Shown piece after piece: positions 21,126 to 31,354 of a stretch of 64,000 bases of DNA. The stretch is taken from assembly GCA_963790475.1 (NCBI GenBank), contig CAWBOS010000010.1, forward strand, positions 1,280,001-1,344,000, read 5' to 3'. This DNA is from an uncultured delta proteobacterium. Its GTDB lineage: Bacteria > Desulfobacterota > RBG-13-43-22. Under the pieces are notes generated by a model. That model saw nothing but the letters and a program-made list of their open reading frames with translations, was not told the origin of the DNA and ran no database searches. How positions within the stretch are numbered: the stretch's first letter is position 1; the number at the start of each line of letters is the position of its first letter. Made by a program: the position numbers and the translations under genes.

Positions 21126-22742
21126 ATGAACTTATGGGGGGTAATGATGTTAGAGACCAGCGTTGACCGATTGAAAGCCGATCAATTTGTCAGGAAGACC
21201 CACCGTCTTGAAAAAGAAATTGGCGACCTCAAAAAAACCCTGCAGGCTCTCCGTCGAAAAAACGAACACTTGACGGCCCTCCATGAAACCTCTCTCGGAC
21301 TGATCGATCGCCTGGATAAAGAAGAATTATTAGAGGTGATCCTGAATCGGGCGGCCAAACTGAGCGGAACGGAGAATGGATATATCTATTTGCTCGAATC
21401 CGGGGATTCGGAGATGCAAATGCGCGTCGGGATGGGTTTTTTCAAGGGTCAACTGGGACGGTGTGTGAAATTAGGGGAAGGCGTAGGGGGTAAGGTTTGG
21501 CAGACGAGGCAGCCCATACACGTTGATGATTACCGCTACTGGAAAGATCGGATCGATGATAAAGCCCTGGATGACCTCCGCTCCGTAGTGGGAATTCCGT
21601 TAAAAGACAGAAAACGGTTTCATGGGGTTATCGGTCTGGCCAGTGTCGATCCCGCCAAGAAATTCCAGAATGAAGATATCTCTTTTTTAGGCCTGTTCGC
21701 CGAATTGGCATTAGTGGCCCTGGATAAGGCCCGATTATATGCGGCGGTCCGCAAGGAGCTGGCTGAAAAAAAACTGACCGAAGATACACTGCGCGGGAGT
21801 GAAGAGAGGTATCGTTTATTGTTGAAATCCTCTCCTGATCCTATTGTGGTCTATACCATGAAGGGCCAGGCGGTTTATGTGAATCCTGCTTTTGAACAGA
21901 CTTTTGGCTTCTCCGGGGAGGAAGTATCAGGCAAACAGATCGATTTTGTGCCAGAGGAAAGCTGGCCCGGAACCAAAAAAGCCATTGAACACATGCTGCG
22001 GGGGGAAAAAATAGAACTTTTTGAGACCAAGCGTCTGACTAAAGAAGGCCGGGTGCTTGATGTTCAAATCAGTTCCACGATCTATAAAAACAACGATGGG
22101 CAGCCGGCCGGAAACATTGTCATTCTAAGGGATATCAGCGCCCGTAAGCGGGCCGAGATAGAATTAAAAAAATACCGGAATCATCTGGAGGATAGGGTTG
22201 AAGAACGGACGGCCGAGCTGGCTAAAACCAATACCCAGCTCAAACAGGAAGTGGAAGAACGCAAAAGGGCCGAAAAAACCTTAAGAAAAAGGGAAGTGGA
22301 ATTGAAGGCCCAATCCCATCATCTGGAAGAAGTCAATACCGCCTTAAAGGTGCTTTTAAAGCAGAGGGAAGAAGACAAAAAGGAAACCGGCGAAAACGTG
22401 TTGTCCAACGTCAGGGCGTTTATCTCCCCTTATGTGGAACAATTGAAAAAAAGCCGGTTGAATACTAACCAACAGACCCTGGTCGATATACTGGAATCCA
22501 ATCTGAACAACATCATCTCTCCTTTCATTAGTAAACTTTCTTCCAAATATTTCAACTTTACCTCGATGGAAATCAAAGTGGCCAATCTGGTTAAGGGCGG
22601 GAAAACAAATAAGGAAATTGCCGACCTGCTGTACCTTTCCAAGAATACTATTATGTTTCACAAACAAAACATTCGATCCAAACTACAGATAAAAAATAAA
22701 AAAATCAATTTGAGGTCTCATCTTTTATCGTATGATGAATAG
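21126..22742 (+). CDS. GAF-PAS-LuxR HTH transcriptional regulator
   Basis: GAF (GEGVGGKVW), PAS (YVNPAFEQTFG, DISARKRAE), coiled coil, HTH (GKTNKEIADLL..SKNTIMFHKQNIRSKL); start may be 21144/21147. Confidence 0.88.
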   Translation: MNLWGVMMLETSVDRLKADQFVRKTHRLEKEIGDLKKTLQALRRKNEHLTALHETSLGLIDRLDKEELLEVILNRAAKLSGTENGYIYLLESGDSEMQMRVGMGFFKGQLGRCVKLGEGVGGKVWQTRQPIHVDDYRYWKDRIDDKALDDLRSVVGIPLKDRKRFHGVIGLASVDPAKKFQNEDISFLGLFAELALVALDKARLYAAVRKELAEKKLTEDTLRGSEERYRLLLKSSPDPIVVYTMKGQAVYVNPAFEQTFGFSGEEVSGKQIDFVPEESWPGTKKAIEHMLRGEKIELFETKRLTKEGRVLDVQISSTIYKNNDGQPAGNIVILRDISARKRAEIELKKYRNHLEDRVEERTAELAKTNTQLKQEVEERKRAEKTLRKREVELKAQSHHLEEVNTALKVLLKQREEDKKETGENVLSNVRAFISPYVEQLKKSRLNTNQQTLVDILESNLNNIISPFISKLSSKYFNFTSMEIKVANLVKGGKTNKEIADLLYLSKNTIMFHKQNIRSKLQIKNKKINLRSHLLSYDE

Positions 22743-23197
22743 TTGTTTTTACCCCCTATTTACCAACTATTTTATAAACTTGACAGTTAGATAAAAGTTC
22801 GATAGGAATAATAAAAAAAATTTCCAAATAAAACTCCAATGGCTAAAATATGGATCTGGTTTTTAAAAAATGCCGGTAGCCTCAAAACGATTCCAACAAC
22901 CCTCCTCCGAATCAAACAAAAAATATTTTGATTTTATCTTTTTGATATTTTATTATTTAATGAGCCTCTTACCAAAATCCACAAGCCTGTCGCCATCGCC
23001 AAGGCGGGGGTCAAGAAGGCTTTCAAATACCAGGATCCCAATTCCCCCCTTCAGTTCGAGGACAAACATCGCCGGGATAAGGGAAACAAACTATTGCGAG
23101 AAGCTCTAATAATAATGAAGTATTTTCATAGCCTTTTCTCTTCATGAAGCTCTAATAGACTTTTAATTCCTTATTTTTCAGGAAGGAGAACGGCCGG

Positions 23198-24010
23198 ATG
23201 TCATCCCGTAATCTTGGGCCCCTACTGCTTAAAGTCACTGATATAAATATGTTTTTTGGAAAAGTGGCCGCCCTTTCCGGAGTCGGTTTTGACGTCCGGG
23301 AAGGGGAGATCCATTCCATTATCGGGCCCAACGGGGCCGGCAAAACCGTTCTGCTGAATTGCATCAACGGATTATACCATCCTCAAGAAGGAGAAATTTC
23401 CTATAAAGAGCAGGATATCACCCGGCTTAGACCGCATAACCGGGCCAAACTCGGTATTTCGCGAACCTTTCAGAAGATCGAATTATTTCGGGGGATGACG
23501 GTGCTCGATAACATCCGTTTGGGCCGTCATATCCATTTGAAATCCGGCATTCTCAGCGGATCCGTTTATTTTGGGAAAACAGCCCGTGAAGAAATAAAGA
23601 CCCGGGAGTTTATCGAAGAGGAAATCATCGATCTGCTCGAAATTGAATCCATCCGCAATAAAACGGTCGGCATGTTGCCTTACGGCCTGCAAAAAAGGGT
23701 CGAGTTGGGCCGGGCCCTGGCCTTGAATCCCAAACTTTTGCTTTTGGATGAACCCCTGGCCGGATTGAATCTGGAAGAAGTGGAAGACATGGCCCGTTTT
23801 ATCCTGGATATCAATCTGGAAAAACGCTGGAACGTGACTTGTATCCTGGTGGAACACGACATGGGGGTGGTTATGGACATCTCGGATCGAATCTCGGTAC
23901 TCAGCTTCGGCAATAAAATTACCACCGGCACCCCCAGTGAAGTTCAGAACCATCCTCAGGTGATTGATGCCTATCTGGGCGAGGAGGACTTATATGCCAC
24001 CAGGAGATAA
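23198..24010 (+). CDS. Liv-type ABC transporter ATP-binding protein (LivG-like)
   Basis: GPNGAGKT, LPYGLQKRVELGRALA, LLLLDEP, VEHDM. Confidence 0.93.
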   Translation: MSSRNLGPLLLKVTDINMFFGKVAALSGVGFDVREGEIHSIIGPNGAGKTVLLNCINGLYHPQEGEISYKEQDITRLRPHNRAKLGISRTFQKIELFRGMTVLDNIRLGRHIHLKSGILSGSVYFGKTAREEIKTREFIEEEIIDLLEIESIRNKTVGMLPYGLQKRVELGRALALNPKLLLLDEPLAGLNLEEVEDMARFILDINLEKRWNVTCILVEHDMGVVMDISDRISVLSFGNKITTGTPSEVQNHPQVIDAYLGEEDLYATRR

Positions 24011-25935
24011 TGCCTATACCATTCCTTTCCAGATTAATGAAGACTTGACCTTGCCCAAGGTCCTGATTGAGACGGCCAAAAGGTATGGGGATTCCAAGGC
24101 GGCCATGCGTGAAAAGGAATTCGGGATCTGGCGCCCGATCACCTGGAAAAAATATCTGGACAATGTCAAAACCATCGCCCTGGGTCTGGTCAGCCTGGGT
24201 TTAAAGCGGGGGGACAAGGTGGCTATGATCGGGGACAACCGTCCCGAAGGGTTATGGATGGAAATGGCCACCCTTTCCGTAGGCGGGATCGCCGTCTGGC
24301 TTTTTCAAGACTCTCTCATGGATGAAGTGGCCCATATCATTAACCATTCCGATGCCACTTTCCTGGTGGGAGAGGGTCAGGAGGAGGTGGACAAGGCTCT
24401 ATCCATCCAGGCCAAATGCCCCTTTCTGAAAAAAATCATTTGGGATGATCCCAAAGGGATGAGGGATTATAATGACCCCCTTTTGATCAGTCTCAGAGAG
24501 TTGATGGAAAAGGGAAAAGAATTGGATCAGAAAGACCCCGGACTTTTTGAAAAAATAATTTCCCAGGGAAAGGCCGGGGATGTGGCCCTGCTGTTTTACA
24601 CCTCCGGGACCACGGCCTTGCCCAAAGGGGCACTCCTCTCCCATTATAATTTGCTGACCATGGGTCAAAATATGATGCAGGTCGACCCTTGCACTCCCGA
24701 AGATGATTTTGTCTCTTTTTTACCTTTTGCCTGGATCGGGGAACAGATGATGTCCATCTCTTGCGGACTGCAGGTGGGTTTCACCATTAATTTTCCCGAA
24801 GAGCCGGAAACCGCCCAGGAAAATATCCGTGAGATCGGGCCGCATGTCATGTTCGCCCCGCCCCGAATGTACGAACAAATGACCCGTACCGTTCAGGTCA
24901 AGCATCTGGATTCAACCTGGATCAAAAGATCTCTTTTCGATGTGGCCATAAAAATCGGCTACCGGGTAGCGGATCTGAAGTTTAATAAAAAATCGATTCC
25001 TTTATTCTGGAAGATTATTGGACTGGATGGCCCATGCCCTGGTCTTTAAAAAACTCCGGGATCATCTGGGGCTCTCCCGGATCAGGAACGCCTACACCGG
25101 CGGAGCGGCCATGGGACCGGACCACTTTCGATTTTTCCATGCCCTGGGAGTGAATCTCAAACAGATTTATGGACAGACCGAGATCGCCGGGATCTCGGTG
25201 CTGCACCGCAGCGGGGATATCAAATTCGATACCGTAGGCACCCCGATCATCAATACCGAGGTCCGGATTACCGAAGAAGGTGAGATTATTTCCAAGAGCC
25301 CTTCGGTCTTTCTCGGGTACTATAAGAATCCCGAAGCCACGGCCAAAACCCTCCAGGATGGATGGCTCTATTCCGGAGATAAAGGGTTCATTGATGAAGA
25401 CGGACATCTGGTGGTTTTCGACCGGACCAAAGATGTGATGGTCTTGAGAGACAAGTCGATTTTTTCACCTCAGTATCTCGAAACCCGGCTGAAATTTTCT
25501 CCTTTTCTGAAAGATGCCTGGATTATCGGTCATGAAAAACAGTACATCACCGCCGTGGTTTGTATCGATTATGCCGTGGTCGGCAAATGGGCCGACGAAA
25601 AAAAACTGAATTACACCAGTTACCATGAACTGTCTCAGAAACCGGAAGTCTATGATCTGGTGGAAAAACAGATTCGGGAAGCCAATAAAAGCCTAAAACC
25701 GGCGGCCAAGATCCATAAGTTTGTCAATCTCTATAAGGAATTCGATGCCGATGACGAAGAATTGACCCGGACCCGGAAATTGCGACGGTCCTTTGTGGAA
25801 AATCGCTATCGGGATATTGTGCAGAGCTTGTATGAAGACCAGGACAATGTCCATATGGATACCACCATTACTTATGAAGATGGGCGGGTGGTACGCATCA
25901 AGACCGATCTCCATATCCGAAAACTTCCTGATTAA
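23994..25935 (+). pseudogene. Long-chain acyl-CoA ligase (AMP-binding) interrupted by a +1 frameshift near 25018
   Basis: YTSGTTALPKG in ORF 23964-25049; YGQTE, GWLYSGD and LTRTRKLRR in ORF 25018-25935; 'aag att a ttg gac tgg' carries one extra base; likely start MPPGDN at 23994 after GAGGAGG. May be a sequencing error. Confidence 0.85.
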
Positions 25936-25946
25936 GGAGGAATTTA

Positions 25947-26831
25947 ATGAAGCTGTTTATTCAGGTCATTATTACCGGCATCCTGATGGGCGGTATCTAT
26001 GCCCTGGTGGCCCTGGGCTGGACCGTGATCTATAAATGCTCGGGCGTGTTGAACCTGGCCATGGGTGAACTTACCTTGATCGGGGCTTATGTCTGCCTGA
26101 CCTTTTATTTATGGGGTTTTCCCTTCATCCTGGCCCTCCTTTGCACGGTCATTATCGGTTTTATCCTGGGACTCATTACCGAACGGATATTCCTGGACAA
26201 GCTGATCGGAGAGCCGGTGCTGACAGTTATCATGGTCACCGTCGGTCTGTCCTTTTTCTTCCGGGGAATCATCGAGTTATTTTTCGATATCAACACGGTC
26301 ATCTTCGATCCCCCGGTTTTCCCTATGAAGCCCATTGACATCGGGGGCATCATCATCGGCCAGGTTTATCTGTGGAGTTTTGTGGCCGCCATTGCCCTGT
26401 TGCTCATCTTTGTGGCCTTCTTTCAGTTTACCCGCTGGGGCCTGGCCATGCAGGCCACGGCCGATGATGAAATGGCCGCCCTTTCCCTGGGGGTCAGCGC
26501 CCGCTTCGTTTATGCCACGGCCTGGGGGATCGCCTTTATTGCCGCCGGGGTAGGAGGCGCCTTATTGGGTAATATCAACGGCCTGAATATCTCGGTCGGT
26601 TACCTGGGCCTCTTGGTCTTACCGGCCGTCGTCTTGGGCGGATTGAATTCCGTACCGGGGGCCATCGTCGGCGGGATCATCATCGGGATCCTGCAAAATC
26701 TGAGCGGGGCTTATCTGGACCGCTTTACCCCCGGAGGGGTAAAAGAAATTGCCCCTTTTATCTTTATGGTCATTTTTTTGTTATATAAACCTTATGGTCT
26801 TTGGGGTTGGGAAAGGATAGAGAGGGTCTAA
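25947..26831 (+). CDS. Liv-type ABC permease (LivH-like)
   Basis: YALVALGWTVIY, NLAMGE, TRWGLAMQA, VLGGLNS; hydrophobic. Confidence 0.92.
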   Translation: MKLFIQVIITGILMGGIYALVALGWTVIYKCSGVLNLAMGELTLIGAYVCLTFYLWGFPFILALLCTVIIGFILGLITERIFLDKLIGEPVLTVIMVTVGLSFFFRGIIELFFDINTVIFDPPVFPMKPIDIGGIIIGQVYLWSFVAAIALLLIFVAFFQFTRWGLAMQATADDEMAALSLGVSARFVYATAWGIAFIAAGVGGALLGNINGLNISVGYLGLLVLPAVVLGGLNSVPGAIVGGIIIGILQNLSGAYLDRFTPGGVKEIAPFIFMVIFLLYKPYGLWGWERIERV

Positions 26832-26833
26832 CC

Positions 26834-27901
26834 ATGCAATTTCTACCTTGCGGTGTTTATCACGAATATTATCGTCAGGACCATGCCTGGTGGCAGACAC
26901 GGTTCGTCATTGGAAAGATGATCCTTCTGGGCCTTTTTATCTTTTACATCCTTCCCTATTGGGGGGGTCCCTATTGGGTCGGGGTGGCCAACTTAATCGC
27001 CTATACCATTATGGGGGCCCTGGGTGTCCAGCTTCTGATCGGCTTTTGCGGCCAGGTGACTCTCGGACACGCGGCCTTTATCGCCGTTGGGGCCTATACC
27101 GCCACCTTACTCACCCTGCAACTGAATCTCCCCTATTTATTGAGCATGTTTATCGGAGGCCTGATAGCCGGGCTCTGGGCCGTTCTATTCGGTTTGCCTT
27201 CGGCCAAGGTCAAAGGCTTTTATTTGATTATGACCTCCCTGGCGGCTCAGTTCGTCACCGTGGATTTTATTCTCACCCAGTACGTCAGCCAGATCGGCGG
27301 CCGGGGGCAGGCGTTTTCCCTGCCCCCCGGAACCATCACCATCGGCCCCCTGGTTTTGGACACTGATTTGAAAGTCTACTTTTTAGGCGCGGTTCTGACC
27401 ATTCTCCTGACCATGGGTCTGGCCAATCTGCTTCGATCCAAAGTGGGGCGGGCCTGGATAGCCATCCGGGACAACGATATTGCCGCTGAAACCATGGGGA
27501 TCAATATCATTACTTATAAGTTGATGGCCTTTTTTGTAGCCGGTTTTATCGGCGGAATTGCCGGGGGCTTTTGGGTCAGCACCCTTTCGGCCCTGAGTCC
27601 GGAACATTTTCAATGGTCCTGGTCCCTCTGGCTGGTGGGGGTGATCCTGATCGGGGGGGTGGGCAGTATCTATGGAACCATTTTTGGGTCCATGTTTATG
27701 GTCCTGATCATGGAAGGCTTAAAATTCGTCATCATTCCTCTGACTCCCATCTACCCCCAGTTCACCATGAGGTTTTTATTTCTCAAGGAAGCCGCCTTCG
27801 GACTGACCATTGTTTTGTTCTTGATTTACGAACCCAACGGCTTGGCCTATCGTTGGTGGCAGATCAAGAATTATTTTAATCTGTGGCCGTTTTCGTATTA
27901 A
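26834..27901 (+). CDS. Liv-type ABC permease (LivM-like)
   Basis: GQVTLGHAAF, GRAWIAIRDNDIAAETMGI; likely start MQFLPCG at 26834. Confidence 0.92.
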   Translation: MQFLPCGVYHEYYRQDHAWWQTRFVIGKMILLGLFIFYILPYWGGPYWVGVANLIAYTIMGALGVQLLIGFCGQVTLGHAAFIAVGAYTATLLTLQLNLPYLLSMFIGGLIAGLWAVLFGLPSAKVKGFYLIMTSLAAQFVTVDFILTQYVSQIGGRGQAFSLPPGTITIGPLVLDTDLKVYFLGAVLTILLTMGLANLLRSKVGRAWIAIRDNDIAAETMGINIITYKLMAFFVAGFIGGIAGGFWVSTLSALSPEHFQWSWSLWLVGVILIGGVGSIYGTIFGSMFMVLIMEGLKFVIIPLTPIYPQFTMRFLFLKEAAFGLTIVLFLIYEPNGLAYRWWQIKNYFNLWPFSY

Positions 27902-27970
27902 GAATAGAAGGGTTCAAACGCGTATTAATCGAGTTTCATTTTAGAGTTCGGAGTTCGGAGCAGTTAGTTT

Positions 27971-28104
27971 TAATGGACTTATAAAAAGTCTCCAAACCCT
28001 GAGTAACGTTATTCCGGCGAAAGCCGGAATCCAGTATTTTAAAACGCCTATTCTTATCCTGGACCCCGGCTTTTGCCGAGGTGACGACTTTTGCCGAACT
28101 TATT
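27971..28104. repeat. MITE/REP-like element (ATTCCGGCGAAAGCCGGAATCCAG ... CTGGACCCCGGC) nested inside inverted GAGTTCG heptamer arrays
   Basis: Shares a core with 56892-57000 and 62170-62310; AAAAGTC/GACTTTT ends. Confidence 0.7.
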
Positions 28105-28228
28105 GGTTTTCGCTCTGAACTGAATTGCTCCGAACTAGAAATTGATTCTGTATTCCAAAGGAGGTGATGTATCTTCCGGGAACCACCGACTGTCGTCATA
28201 TCCCATTTGATTTCCTAAAACTTTAAAA

Positions 28229-29524
28229 ATGGAGGTTGCAATGATGAAAAAGAAATCACATTTATGGTTAGTTGCTTTTTTTATGGTCTTTTTAGGGGCT
28301 TCCGGTCTCGCCTGGGCTCAAGCAAAAGGAAAAGTTGAACCCGCCAAGGGAGAAATCAGGCTCGGGGCCCTCAATGACATGACCGGTGCCACATCAGACG
28401 TTGGCAAGGATTATGCCCTGGGCATTTCCGAGGCCATTGCCTATGTGAACGATAACGGCGGTATCAACGGGAAAAAGATCAAACTTTTTCAATATGATTA
28501 TGGTTATCGGATCCCTGAAGCCGTGACCACCTATAAAAGATTCCGTGATTTTGACAAAGTGGTGGCGGTCCTGGGTTGGGGCACCGGAGATACCGAAGCC
28601 CTTTCCCCCACCATCACCAAGGACAAGATGCCTTATGTCTCGGCCTCCTATTCGGCCCATCTCACCGATCCGAAAAAAACCCCTTATAACTTATTTTTCT
28701 GCCCGGATTATTCCACCGGTGCCCGATCGGCGATTACCGCCTGGTATGACAATGTCTGGAAAAAAGATGCCAAATACAAAGCCCGGAGAGATAAAGGGGA
28801 AAAACCCCGTTTGGTCTGTTTTTATATGTCAGCTTCCCCCTATGCCAGCGCCCCCATTAAAGCCATCAAGGATCAGGCCGCCCTCCTGGGATTTGAAGTC
28901 GGCCCTGACCAGGATATCCCTTTAACGGCCCTGGACACCAAAAGCCAGATATTGGGGGCCAAACAATTTAAGCCCGATCTGGTCTGGCATGGCAATACGA
29001 CCATGTCCGTGGCCACGGCCATGCGGGATGCTTATTCCCTGGGCCTGGGGGCCGATCATATCATCGACGTTTGGGGATTTGATGAAAACCTGCCCCGTTT
29101 GGCCGGACCGGCGGCTGAAGGGGCCATGGGGGTTGCCCTCTGCGCCTTTTTTGGAGGGAAAGCGCCGATGATGAATACGATTATGGCCTATGCCAAAAAA
29201 ATCAACCCCGGCGTCCCGGCCAGCAAGAGATTGGTTCGGACTGTCCAGGCCTGGGGGGCGGTCCTCCTATTGACCGATGCCATGAAGGTTGCCGATAAAC
29301 AAGGCAATTTAACCGGCGAAGGGATTGTAAGGGCCGTGGAAACCTTTAAGAACAAAGATTTTGGATTGGGTTCGCCACCGGCCAGCTTTTCAGCCACTGA
29401 TCACCGCCCGACAACAGGGGCTCCGATATATAAAATTGAAAAAGGAAAATTTGTCCTGGTCGAGTCTGTTGATTTAAAAAAACGATGGCCCGAAAAATGG
29501 GAAAAGGAATGGCTGGGCTGGTAG
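28229..29524 (+). CDS. Liv-type ABC periplasmic substrate-binding protein
   Basis: Signal peptide (..GLAWA), DMTGATSDVG, NDNGGING; start may be 28241/28244. Confidence 0.9.
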   Translation: MEVAMMKKKSHLWLVAFFMVFLGASGLAWAQAKGKVEPAKGEIRLGALNDMTGATSDVGKDYALGISEAIAYVNDNGGINGKKIKLFQYDYGYRIPEAVTTYKRFRDFDKVVAVLGWGTGDTEALSPTITKDKMPYVSASYSAHLTDPKKTPYNLFFCPDYSTGARSAITAWYDNVWKKDAKYKARRDKGEKPRLVCFYMSASPYASAPIKAIKDQAALLGFEVGPDQDIPLTALDTKSQILGAKQFKPDLVWHGNTTMSVATAMRDAYSLGLGADHIIDVWGFDENLPRLAGPAAEGAMGVALCAFFGGKAPMMNTIMAYAKKINPGVPASKRLVRTVQAWGAVLLLTDAMKVADKQGNLTGEGIVRAVETFKNKDFGLGSPPASFSATDHRPTTGAPIYKIEKGKFVLVESVDLKKRWPEKWEKEWLGW

Positions 29525-29532
29525 AATAATAA

Positions 29533-29612
29533 CCGTTCAGCGTTCAGCGTTCGGCGTTCAGCCAAAACACGGGTTTATGATTTTGACTGAAGGCTGGAGG
29601 CTGACCGCCGAA
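29533..29612. repeat. CGTTCAG heptamer array with a degenerate inverted partner
   Basis: cgttcag cgttcag cgttcgg cgttcag ... gctgacc gccgaa. Confidence 0.65.
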
Positions 29613-29634
29613 TATTTCCAAGGAGGCAAGATCG

Positions 29635-30444
29635 TTGGCGAAAGAACCGATCCTGAAGATCAATAGTATAGAAGTCAAATACCATGAGGTTATTCTAGTC
29701 CTCAAGGGAGTCTCCATTGAAATCCCTCAAGGAGGGATTGTAGCCCTCCTGGGGGCAAACGGGGCCGGGAAAAGTACCACCCTTAAGGCCATCTCCGGTC
29801 TGTTGAAACATGAGGACGGCAAGGTAACGGACGGCAATATTGTTTTCATGGGAGAACGGATTGACAAAAAAAATGCCGAGGAGATCGCCAAGTCCGGGAT
29901 CCTGCAGGTTATTGAAGGCCGCCGGGTCTTTGAACACCTGACGGTAGAGCAAAATCTCGTCGTCGGGGCTCACCTGCGGAAGGATCGGAGGGCGGTGAAA
30001 GACGGGTTGGAAATGGTCTACCATTATTTCCCTCGTCTGAAAGAAAAAAGAAGTGAAACGGCCGGGTTCATCAGCGGCGGGGAGCAACAGATGACCGTCG
30101 TCGGCCGGGCTTTGATGGCCAATCCCAAGCTGTTGCTTTTGGATGAGCCCTCGATGGGATTGGCCCCCATGCTGATCAAGGAGATCTTCAATATCATTAC
30201 CCGGCTTCATGAGGAATCCAAGATCTCCATTCTCCTGGTGGAACAGAATGCCAAACTGGCCTTAAGCGTCGCCCCCTATGCCTTTGTTATGGAAAACGGA
30301 CGTATCGTCATGGACGACACCGCTGCAAAGCTATCGGAAAATCCGGACATCAAAGACTTCTATCTCGGTCTCACCGATCTTGGAACCCGAAAAAGTTTCC
30401 GGGAGGTCAAACACTATAAACGCCGAAAACGTTGGTTAACCTAA
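29635..30444 (+). CDS. Liv-type ABC transporter ATP-binding protein (LivF-like)
   Basis: GANGAGKST, ISGGEQQM, LLLLDEPSMGLAP, VEQNA; TTG start after AAGGAGG. Confidence 0.93.
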   Translation: MAKEPILKINSIEVKYHEVILVLKGVSIEIPQGGIVALLGANGAGKSTTLKAISGLLKHEDGKVTDGNIVFMGERIDKKNAEEIAKSGILQVIEGRRVFEHLTVEQNLVVGAHLRKDRRAVKDGLEMVYHYFPRLKEKRSETAGFISGGEQQMTVVGRALMANPKLLLLDEPSMGLAPMLIKEIFNIITRLHEESKISILLVEQNAKLALSVAPYAFVMENGRIVMDDTAAKLSENPDIKDFYLGLTDLGTRKSFREVKHYKRRKRWLT

Positions 30445-30456
30445 AGGGAGGATTTT

Positions 30457-31098
30457 ATGAAAAAATGTGTTGTTACTTTAGCTTTACTGATCGGAATCAT
30501 TGTCCTGATCGCCTTACCCTGTCTGGCTGCGGAAGGGAAAGCGGGTGCTGCGGATAAACCGGCCATGGAGAAGAAGATGGCCCATAAAATAATGGCGGCC
30601 AAAGCCCCGGTGGTAAAATTGGACCGGGTTGAGATCGCCAGCTATTGGGGCTACTATTTAGATGGTATTTTGGATAAGGAGGGAAAGTTAACAGCCGGGA
30701 GAAGAGGGGCGCCTCTGATTTTATCTTTTATCTATACTGTCCAAAACCCCAATAACTTTAAAATCATGCTGGATGATTTTCAGTTTACGGTCGCTTTCGA
30801 AGGATTTGAACTGAATACCTTGACCTTCTTCGACGACAACTATATTCCGGGAAAGACGACGGATCACTTCAGATTCAACGGCACCTTTGATTATAATGTT
30901 GCTCAAGGGTCTTTGATGGTTGCCAATGGCACCAGATTATTGGAAATGAAAGTCACGGCCGCTGATCTGCTGAAGAAATGGTGGGAAGGTATTTCAGATT
31001 TCAATTTTCCCATAACGGTCAACGGCACCGGAACCTTTGTCGGTCCCGACGGGAAAAACATCATTGTTCCATTTGAAGGTACCTTTCCGACTAAATAA
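30457..31098 (+). CDS. Exported hypothetical protein (beta-rich, possibly LEA_2/WHy-like)
   Basis: Signal peptide; 'VQNPNNFKIMLDDFQFTV' resembles the LEA_2 NPN motif; GGAGG RBS. Confidence 0.7.
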   Translation: MKKCVVTLALLIGIIVLIALPCLAAEGKAGAADKPAMEKKMAHKIMAAKAPVVKLDRVEIASYWGYYLDGILDKEGKLTAGRRGAPLILSFIYTVQNPNNFKIMLDDFQFTVAFEGFELNTLTFFDDNYIPGKTTDHFRFNGTFDYNVAQGSLMVANGTRLLEMKVTAADLLKKWWEGISDFNFPITVNGTGTFVGPDGKNIIVPFEGTFPTK

Positions 31099-31109
31099 CA
31101 ACCGACTAT

Positions 31110-31333
31110 CAGTTCGGAGTTCGGAGATTTGAGTTCGGAGTAAATACCAACCGCTCCGTATTCCGAACTCCGAACTTTTTTTTAATTAGTTTCCATCCGG
31201 AAACCCTGGGTTTCTGGATTAGCCGATAGCGGTCAGCTTTAAGCAAAAGCCATTTCCCCGGAGGTTTTTTTAAAAGCTGATCGCTAATAGCTGACAGTAC
31301 TCATCCGAAAGCGTCATTTTCGGATGAGTACTG
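31110..31333. repeat. Stacked intergenic repeats: inverted AGTTCGG heptamers, AGCTGAT-type heptamers and a perfect 16-bp stem hairpin (31295-31333)
   Basis: cagtactcatccgaaa-gcgtcat-tttcggatgagtactg; agttcgg/ccgaact arrays. Confidence 0.7.
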
Positions 31334-31354
31334 ACTAACCCTTAGGGGGATTCA